From Bacteroidia bacterium (GTDB lineage Bacteria; Bacteroidota; Bacteroidia; 2-12-FULL-35-15), in NCBI GenBank assembly GCA_036170475.1, contig JAVHPE010000095.1, positions 36,906-100,905 on the forward strand: a DNA stretch of 64,000 nucleotides. The letters are read 5' to 3'. Shown here one piece after another: positions 57,406 through 64,000 of the stretch (positions are counted from its first letter, which is position 1; each line of letters opens with the position of its first letter). The notes beneath the pieces were generated by a model. It was not told where the DNA came from, did no database searches, and saw only the letters and a program-made list of their open reading frames with translations. The translations under genes were made by a program, and so were the position numbers.

Positions 57406-58836
57406 ATGGAATTTTTATTTATTGCCTTAGGTTGTATTTTTGGTTTTGTAATTGCATTTCTGTTTTATAAATCAAAACAAAACACAGGTGCTGATACCTC
57501 CCTGTTGGATAGTAAAATTATTGAGCTGGATAAAGATAAACTTGTGCTGCAAACTAATATGGCTAATGCTGAAAAAGAAAATCAACGGCTTACCAATGAA
57601 TTGAAAAGCGTTAAAGTACAATTGTCAGCAGAATTAATTTCAGAACGTGAAAAATATTTAAAGGACATTAATATTGAGAAGGAAAAATTAAGTAAAGCTG
57701 ATAGTCGGCTTGCAAAGGCTGAGCAAGTATTTCAATCACAGGAAGAAAAATTTACCACACTCAAATCAGAGCTCGAAAATGTTCATAAAAAATATACTAC
57801 GGAGTTTGAAAATATCGCGAATAAAATATTAGATGAGAAATCGCAAAAATTTACGGATCAAAATAAAAACAATCTGGAAATTATTTTAAACCCGCTAAAA
57901 GAAAAAATTAAGGATTTTGAAAGCAAGGTGGAGAAAGCTTATAAGACAGAATCGGACGAACGCATCACACTAAAAGCGGAAATAAAAAATTTGATTGATT
58001 TGAATAAACAAGTGAGTGAGGATGCTAATAATCTCGCTAAAGCATTAAAAGGAGATAATAAAAAACAAGGCAACTGGGGCGAAGTTATTTTGGAAAAAGT
58101 GCTGGAACGTTCAGGCTTAGTAAAAGGACAGGAATATTTAACACAATTCAGTACCACCAACAGCGAAGGAAGCCGAATTCAGCCGGATGCTCTGATAAAA
58201 CTTCCGGATGATAAGCATATCATAATTGATGCAAAGGTATCGCTGATAGCATATGAGGCATGTGTGAATGCGGCTACTGATGAAGAAAGAGAGCGCTTCA
58301 CTAAAGATCATCTTTTATCAGTCCGCAATCATGTAAAATTATTAAGCAGTAAAGACTATCAATCCTCTCCTGATATAAATACCCCTGATTTTGTATTGTT
58401 ATTTATACCTATTGAATCATCGTTCAGTATTGCAGTTCAGGCTGATCAGGAACTCTTTAGTTTCGCGTGGGATAAAAAAATAGTAATTGTGAGTCCTTCC
58501 ACATTATTGGCGACATTACGTACCATTGCATCGCTATGGAAACAGGAGCGTCAAACAAAAAATGTGATGGAAATTGCCCGGCAAGGGGGTGAATTATACG
58601 ATAAATTTGTCGGCTTTTTGGAAGATATGCAAAAAATTGAAAAAGGAATTGAATTATCAAGCAAAGCCTATCAGGATGCAATTAATAAGCTAAACACAGG
58701 TAGTGGAAACCTGGTCAGAAGAATTGAAAACATTAAAAAATTAGGTGCAAAAACCAATAAGGAAAAACAAATTCCGGCTAAGTTTTTAGAAAATGACGCG
58801 CCTTCACAATTATTTATGGAAGGTAACGAATCATAA
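57406..58836 (+). CDS. rmuC: DNA recombination protein RmuC
   Basis: 476 aa. N-terminal TM helix, coiled coil and an RmuC domain (GNWGEVILEKVLERSGL...). Confidence 0.9.
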   Translation: MEFLFIALGCIFGFVIAFLFYKSKQNTGADTSLLDSKIIELDKDKLVLQTNMANAEKENQRLTNELKSVKVQLSAELISEREKYLKDINIEKEKLSKADSRLAKAEQVFQSQEEKFTTLKSELENVHKKYTTEFENIANKILDEKSQKFTDQNKNNLEIILNPLKEKIKDFESKVEKAYKTESDERITLKAEIKNLIDLNKQVSEDANNLAKALKGDNKKQGNWGEVILEKVLERSGLVKGQEYLTQFSTTNSEGSRIQPDALIKLPDDKHIIIDAKVSLIAYEACVNAATDEERERFTKDHLLSVRNHVKLLSSKDYQSSPDINTPDFVLLFIPIESSFSIAVQADQELFSFAWDKKIVIVSPSTLLATLRTIASLWKQERQTKNVMEIARQGGELYDKFVGFLEDMQKIEKGIELSSKAYQDAINKLNTGSGNLVRRIENIKKLGAKTNKEKQIPAKFLENDAPSQLFMEGNES

Positions 58837-60101
58837 TGAAAAAAATAATTTCCTGTCTGGCTTTCTGTATTCTTATCGCTTCATGCGGTACACCACGCAA
58901 AACAAGCACTACAAGCCCGAATATAGTTTATAAGCGCGATGCGAATGCTATTCACCCCCAATTTGCGATATTTCATGTAAGCGATACCATTACTGAATTA
59001 CATTTTAAAATCAGCAGCAAAGAACTTTTATACATGCGCCCTGACGGAATTAATTTTTATTCCAATGTATTAATTTCATACCGGTTATTGCCAACGTATG
59101 ACTCTAAAATCATTATTGACAGCGCCTCTGTAAGGTTGGTTGATATGAATAATGATAATTCAGATAAATTTTTAATCGGGAAAATTAACATAAAAGCGGC
59201 AGCGGCACATACCTATTTTTTGCGTATAACCATTACTGATTTGAATAGGAATATAGATGTATTAACTGTTATCGCGATAGAAAAAGATAATGATTTGAAT
59301 CGTCAGAATTTTCTGGTGAAATCCAAAGAAACAGATGCGCCACTATTTCGTAATTATCTAAAAACAGGTGAAGAGATTACTATAAATTATAAAGCGAAAA
59401 TTGGAGTAAACTTGTATGTACGGTATTATACCCGAGATTTTCCACTAGCTTCTCCCCCATTCTCAGTAAGTGATTCAAGACCTTTTCAATATAAACAGGA
59501 TAGCGCATTTACGCTTCAATTGTCAGTTGATGGCAGTTGTAATTTTATCGCACAAAAAAAAGGTTTCTATCATTTTCAGTTAGATACATCAAAACGTATA
59601 GGCTTAACATTATTTAATTTTTCAGACGCTTTTCCAGAGGTAAAAAAAGCGGAGGATATGGTAGCTCCTTTACGCTTTATCACTTCAAAACAAGAATATG
59701 ATGAGTTAAATACAAGTGCCAATAAAAAAGCGGCTATTGAAAAATTTTGGGTAAATAGTACTGGAAATCAAGAAAGGGCGAAAGAAATAATTCGTAAATA
59801 CTACAATCGGGTGCAGGATGAAAATCTATATTTTACTTCCTATTTAGAAGGATGGAAAACGGATAGGGGAATGATTTATCTGATTTTCGGATCTCCCAAT
59901 GTAATCTATAAAACAGCAAATTCTGAAACATGGATTTATGGTGAGGAGAATAATGTAAATTCTCTTTCCTATTCCTTTTCCAAAGTAAATAATCCTTTTA
60001 CAAATAATGATTATACACTCGACCGCTCTGTTGTTTATAAACAATCATGGTACACAGCAGTTGATATTTGGCGACAAGGAAGAACGTATTTGCAGGATTG
60101 A
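58836..60101 (+). CDS. GWxTD domain-containing lipoprotein
   Basis: 421 aa. Lipobox LIASCG. Literal GWKTDRGMIYLIFGSPN motif. Confidence 0.85.
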   Translation: MKKIISCLAFCILIASCGTPRKTSTTSPNIVYKRDANAIHPQFAIFHVSDTITELHFKISSKELLYMRPDGINFYSNVLISYRLLPTYDSKIIIDSASVRLVDMNNDNSDKFLIGKINIKAAAAHTYFLRITITDLNRNIDVLTVIAIEKDNDLNRQNFLVKSKETDAPLFRNYLKTGEEITINYKAKIGVNLYVRYYTRDFPLASPPFSVSDSRPFQYKQDSAFTLQLSVDGSCNFIAQKKGFYHFQLDTSKRIGLTLFNFSDAFPEVKKAEDMVAPLRFITSKQEYDELNTSANKKAAIEKFWVNSTGNQERAKEIIRKYYNRVQDENLYFTSYLEGWKTDRGMIYLIFGSPNVIYKTANSETWIYGEENNVNSLSYSFSKVNNPFTNNDYTLDRSVVYKQSWYTAVDIWRQGRTYLQD

Positions 60102-60192
60102 ACTAATAAAATCAGGATGAATGTTAAATGTTGTATGTTGAATTATTCATTTTATTTACAATTTAACATTTAACATTTAATACAAAATAAAA

Positions 60193-60954
60193 ATGCAAAC
60201 CAAACAACAAAAAAAAGAAGAGGAAAGTTTAATATTTGGACTAAGACCCATTATTGAAGCTATCCGGGCAGGTAAAGAAATTGATAAACTACTCGTTCAA
60301 TCAGGTTTAAAAAGCGAATTATTTTCTGAGTTGATGGGCGTTTTAAAGCAACATAACGTTACGTTTCAATATGTCCCTGTTGAAAAACTGAACCGGCTTA
60401 CCACAAAAAATCATCAGGGTGTTGTAGGATATATTTCCGCAATCACGTATCATAAAATAAAAAATATATTGCCCGCTATTATCTCCAGCGGAAAAGTTCC
60501 TTTATTATTGATTTTAGATCGAATTACTGATGTACGTAATTTTGGTGCGATAGCCCGTACAGCCGAATGTTCTGGTGTTAACGCAATCATAATACCCTCC
60601 CATGGTGCGGCACAAATTAATGCGGATGCGATTAAAACTTCTGCCGGTGCATTACACAAGATTTCGGTATGCAGGGAAGAAAACGTAAAAACTGTAATTG
60701 ACTTTTTAAAAGAATGTGGTGTACAAATTGTTGCCTGTACAGAAAAAACTTCGGATTATTATTTCCAGATTGATTTTACGGTGCCTACCGCCATTATTAT
60801 GGGTTCGGAAGAAGATGGCATTTTAAATGAATACCTCCAAAAGTCAGATGCGAAAGCTAAAATTCCTTTGATGGGAGAAATAGGCTCATTGAATGTATCG
60901 GTTGCCGCCGGTATCATTTTATATGAAGCGGTTAGCCAGAGGTTGGTAAATTGA
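60193..60954 (+). CDS. rlmB: SpoU/TrmH-family RNA 2'-O-methyltransferase (RlmB-like)
   Basis: 253 aa. SPOUT motifs IILDRITDVRNFGAIARTA and IIMGSEEDGI. Confidence 0.85.
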   Translation: MQTKQQKKEEESLIFGLRPIIEAIRAGKEIDKLLVQSGLKSELFSELMGVLKQHNVTFQYVPVEKLNRLTTKNHQGVVGYISAITYHKIKNILPAIISSGKVPLLLILDRITDVRNFGAIARTAECSGVNAIIIPSHGAAQINADAIKTSAGALHKISVCREENVKTVIDFLKECGVQIVACTEKTSDYYFQIDFTVPTAIIMGSEEDGILNEYLQKSDAKAKIPLMGEIGSLNVSVAAGIILYEAVSQRLVN

Positions 60955-61043
60955 ATTATTATCATTCATTCGTAAATGTTCCGCCTTTTGTCTTAAATAC
61001 ACAATTCAAGAAGTATACTTCGGGAAATTAAAATTGAAATACT

Positions 61044-61067
61044 TGCAACAGTCGCTTATTTTGCCGT
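61044..61067 (+). repeat. Partial copy (3' end) of the dispersed repeat
   Basis: gcaacagtcgcttattttgccgtt matches the 3' part of copies A and B. Confidence 0.5.
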
Positions 61068-61161
61068 TGGCGGTAATTGTAAAAAAAACCGCTTCCCGAA
61101 AATGTTTCCATTTATTGCAACTTTTGTTGTATCTTTGTAGGGAAACTTTATATGAAACAAT

Positions 61162-61500
61162 ATGACACCTAAGTTTAATGTTTTGTTTATGGAAGATGTG
61201 CGTGAATTCCTTGCGTGGGTTGACCAAAAATCTAAAGACAAAATTATTTACAATATCGACCGTGCCAAATTGCATAACGACCGAGAGTTATTCAAAAAAT
61301 TGAAAGGCGAAATTTGGGAATTTAGAACCCTTTATAACAAGACCTATTACAGACTCTTTGCTTTTTGGGATAAATCGGACAAATCTGAAACATTAGTTAT
61401 TTCAACTCATGGAATAATTAAAAAAACAGATAAAGTTCCCGAGAAAGAAATTGAAAAAGCGGAATTATTAAGACAAAAATATTTTAAACTTAAAAAATAA
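61162..61500 (+). CDS. Type II toxin, RelE/ParE superfamily (HigB-like / Gp49-like)
   Basis: 112 aa. Toxin-first arrangement, directly followed 5 nt later by an HTH-XRE protein. Confidence 0.65.
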   Translation: MTPKFNVLFMEDVREFLAWVDQKSKDKIIYNIDRAKLHNDRELFKKLKGEIWEFRTLYNKTYYRLFAFWDKSDKSETLVISTHGIIKKTDKVPEKEIEKAELLRQKYFKLKK

Positions 61501-61505
61501 TTATT

Positions 61506-61835
61506 ATGGCAACCGTGAGTAAAATGAAGCTATACACGTTAGAAGACATTAAAGATGAGTTCATCGGGAAACGTGGGACAGTTAAACGTGACCAGTACGA
61601 ACAAGAATTGCAACTTGAAGTATTAGGCGACATGATTAAACAAGTTAGACTTGAACGTAATTTAACACAGGAACAACTTGGAAAATTAATTGGAGTGCAA
61701 AAGGCTCAAATTTCTAAATTGGAGAACAGTGCGACCAATGTCACAATGGAGACTATTTTGCGTGTATTTAATGCTTTAAAAGCTAAAGTAAGTTTTAGGG
61801 TGGAATTAAAAAATCATCAAATTCAAATTGCTTAA
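61506..61835 (+). CDS. HTH XRE-family antitoxin (HigA-like)
   Basis: 109 aa. HTH_3 motif LTQEQLGKLIGVQKAQISKLEN. Confidence 0.7.
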   Translation: MATVSKMKLYTLEDIKDEFIGKRGTVKRDQYEQELQLEVLGDMIKQVRLERNLTQEQLGKLIGVQKAQISKLENSATNVTMETILRVFNALKAKVSFRVELKNHQIQIA

Positions 61836-61840
61836 AGAAA

Positions 61841-62033
61841 CTACGGAGAGTTACGGATATTTACGGACTGTGGCGTAGAAAAAAACGCAACGTAAAGAAC
61901 GGACATTTACGGAGAATAACGGGTATTTGCGAACTGTAACGCAGAAAAATGCAACTCAAAACACGGACATTTACGGAGAATAACGGATATTTACGGACTG
62001 TAACGTGGAAAGAAAAAGAAACAACTAACCGCC
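61841..62033. repeat. Three tandem ~64-nt direct repeats rich in TTACGGA/ACGGA words (iteron-like)
   Basis: The unit tacggagaataacgg(a/g)tattt(a/g)cg(g/a)actgtaacg + an A-rich ~20 nt tail occurs 3 times. Confidence 0.8.
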
Positions 62034-62046
62034 AACATTAAATATG

Positions 62047-62196
62047 CTATATGGCCGTTCATAGTAAGCTTCATCATTTGAGTCCGCAATTGAAATAGGT
62101 CGTGGCAAAAACCTTTCACAGAGGCAGAAATTTTTATCTATTAGTTTTTGCCACTTTTAATTTTACAATTTTTTTTACGAATCGGCAACATCGCTT
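62047..62196 (+). repeat. Dispersed ~150-nt structured repeat, copy B
   Basis: Same element, same orientation. Lies between the 64-nt tandem repeats and the IS3 transposase fragment. Confidence 0.8.
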
Positions 62197-62279
62197 CAGA
62201 CCATAACGGTTAGACCTGTGTTTGCTGACTTGTAGACAATTACGCAGAAAAATAATCCGACCCTTTAAAAGCATTAGAG

Positions 62280-62666
62280 ATGGCAATTAAGTCGCGAAAA
62301 TATACAAATCGAAAACTTATACATCATTCAGACAGAGGTTTGCAGTACTGCGATGGGGATTATATCGCAGTTTTAAAACACAATAAAATTAGTCCTAGTA
62401 TGACCGAAGTATACGACCCATACGAAAACGCAATAGCAGAGCGGGTAAACGGAATACTTAAAGACGAATTCGACATTGGAGAAGGTTTTATAAATCATAT
62501 ACAAGCTGTAAAGGAAATAAAAGAAGCTATAGAAACATATAATTCTTTTCGCCCCCATTTAAGCTGTGAAATGATGACACCTGTTGATGCGCATACATTT
62601 GGTAAGTTTAAAATGAAAAAATGGGGAGGACGAAAGAAGTACAACAAAAAATTAATATACCTTTGA
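62280..62666 (+). pseudogene. IS3-family transposase fragment (C-terminal part of the rve integrase core only)
   Basis: Contains HSDRGLQY...NAIAERVNGILKDE...FRPHLSCEMMTPVDAH, i.e. the DDE-domain C-terminus. The frame closes ~50 nt upstream, so there is no N-terminal half and no orfA. Confidence 0.6.
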
Positions 62667-62995
62667 ATCGTCAAGTTAAACGGAATCAAGCTATGCTGAA
62701 GAGCAACTTGCTAGGGATACACTTGATGAACGACAAAAATGTCAATTCAATGGGGAGTCAATCCGATAACCCATTGATATTTTTAGAGTTCAATATGCTT
62801 AAAAAAACTTACCCAAAGAAAATCTAAGACAATGATAAATTTCATAATTTCTAACTAAAAAAAGTGTCAACCTATTTCAGGACAAGACATTTACAGATTA
62901 TTTTGAAAGAATAATAAAAATGCTTGACGCAATAAGAAATAGAAAGTGATACAATTTCGGTTAAAAAGATATATGATAAATTAAAAAAAAATTAA

Positions 62996-63094
62996 ATGCC
63001 CGAACAACATAATATAGAATACAAACAAAGTTGGCACGAAGACTACCTAAAATGGGTTTGTGGTTTTGCCATGAACTTACTTATGATGAAGTGA
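62996..63094 (+). pseudogene. N-terminal fragment of a divergent-AAA (AlbA_2 / AAA-4) ATP-binding protein
   Basis: The 32-codon ORF MPEQHNIEYKQSWHEDYLKWVCGFA.. matches the conserved N-terminus (E.K.SW.....LK.I.AFAN) of AAA-4 family proteins and then terminates. Confidence 0.35.
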
Positions 63095-63162
63095 AAATTA
63101 TAGATAAAGATTTTGCATTGAGTGAAGCGGAGTATGAGAAATTTAATGTAGTAAAATAAGCA

Positions 63163-64000
63163 ATGGCTAAAAAACAAATACCGGCAAAAGAAGGATTCAA
63201 CGAAATTTTGCTTTACACCACACCCAATGGCAAAGTAAAGGTTGAAATTTATTTGCAAAACGAAACAATATGGCTTACCCAACAAAAAATAGCTGATTTG
63301 TTTGGGGTGCAAAGACCAGCCGTTACTAAACACCTGAAAAATATTTTTGAATCAGGTGAATTAAAGGAAGATTCAGTTAGTTCCATTTTGGAACATACTG
63401 CCTCAGACGAAAAAAAGTATAAGACATTATTTTATAATCTGGATGCTATTATTTCCGTAGGTTATCGTGTCAACAGCAGTCAGGCAACGGCATTCCGTAT
63501 TTGGGCAACAGAAAGATTAAAGGAATACATCATCAAAGGATTTACAATGGATGATGAAAGGCTCAAAAACCCGAACAATATTTTTGGGAAAGATTATTTC
63601 GAAGAGCAATTGGCGCGGATTCGCGATATCCGTTCGAGCGAAAGACGATTCTATCAAAAAATTACAGATATATATTCGCAATGCAGTGCCGATTATATTG
63701 TAAACGAACAAACCACTAAAGATTTTTTTGCAGCAGTTCAAAACAAACTGCATTGGGCAATAACAGGACATACAGCCGCTGAAATAATTGCAGCAAGAGT
63801 TGACGGTTCTAAAGAAAATATGGGTTTAACTACCTGGGAAAATGCGCCAAAAGGAAAAATCAGAAAAACAGATATTGGCGTTGCAAAAAATTATCTTAAC
63901 GAAAAAGAATTAGACGGGTTAAACCGAATAGTAACAATGTATTTGGATTATGCAGAAATTCAAGCGATGAAAGGAATAGTAATGTATATGAAAGACTGGA
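63163..64000 (+). CDS. RhuM-family (virulence-protein RhuM / Fic-associated) protein, 3' end beyond the window
   Basis: Open frame from ATG 63163 to the end of the window (>279 aa). Conserved RhuM motifs (..IWLTQQKIADLFGV....ISVGYRVNS..AT.FRIWAT..L.EY...). Confidence 0.75.
   Translation, partial: MAKKQIPAKEGFNEILLYTTPNGKVKVEIYLQNETIWLTQQKIADLFGVQRPAVTKHLKNIFESGELKEDSVSSILEHTASDEKKYKTLFYNLDAIISVGYRVNSSQATAFRIWATERLKEYIIKGFTMDDERLKNPNNIFGKDYFEEQLARIRDIRSSERRFYQKITDIYSQCSADYIVNEQTTKDFFAAVQNKLHWAITGHTAAEIIAARVDGSKENMGLTTWENAPKGKIRKTDIGVAKNYLNEKELDGLNRIVTMYLDYAEIQAMKGIVMYMKDW

Noticed and set aside
61006-61275. 89-aa minus-strand ORF overlapping the HigB-like toxin start
   Set aside because: It lies antisense to a recognisable toxin gene and has no features of its own.
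61841-62033. Possible CRISPR array
   Set aside because: There are only three units. The variable parts are ~20 nt, A-rich and mutually similar. There is no repeat-spacer regularity and no cas genes. This is iteron-like tandem duplication, not CRISPR.
1-64000. tRNA / rRNA genes
   Set aside because: I found no sequence matching the conserved T-arm (GGTTCGAATCC-like) with a compatible cloverleaf, and no rRNA signatures.

Overview
This is a low-GC (roughly one-third GC by eye) chromosomal segment that looks Bacteroidota-like. The evidence is T9SS-type C-terminal sorting domains (..YPNPA..), a GWxTD lipoprotein, a FISUMP-domain protein and an FKBP/GldI-like cluster.

Most of the window is housekeeping. 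Recognised genes include an inositol monophosphatase, apaG, mazG, acpH, ndk, pheT, mltG, a phosphohexose mutase, mtaB, maf, bioB-bioF, rmuC, rlmB and nrnA, plus a cyclophilin and five FKBP-type PPIases.

Embedded accessory or unusual material:
- A three-gene operon on the minus strand (36060-40656) led by an SMC/MukB/JetC-like ABC ATPase, followed by two unrecognisable helical proteins. The gene order does not fit canonical Wadjet/MksBEF/Lamassu, there is a palindromic MITE-like element in the operon's only intergenic gap, and a ParDE-like TA pair lies upstream. This is my best candidate for an undescribed system.
- Two tandem right-handed beta-helix T9SS cargo paralogs with a CSLREA-like N-terminal motif.
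- A MutS-family membrane ATPase translationally coupled to a multiheme cytochrome c/TPR protein.
- A ygfK-like / xdhD-like / ygeW-like gene set, the signature of selenium-dependent molybdenum hydroxylase clusters.
- A GC-rich nested palindromic element inserted in-frame inside the ygfK-like CDS.
- A dispersed ~150-nt structured repeat in 2.2 copies, one fused to the 3' end of an FKBP gene.
- Heptanucleotide (ATCTCAA/T)n repeats at three loci, one in-frame inside bioF.
- An (ATGA)~11 tetranucleotide SSR in the promoter/5'UTR of a secreted-protein gene.
- A mobile-element graveyard at the 3' end of the window (61-64 kb): a HigBA-like TA pair, ~64-nt tandem iteron-like repeats, an IS3-family transposase C-terminal fragment, a divergent-AAA (AlbA_2) N-terminal fragment and a RhuM-family gene that runs off the window.

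No tRNA, rRNA or CRISPR array was found.
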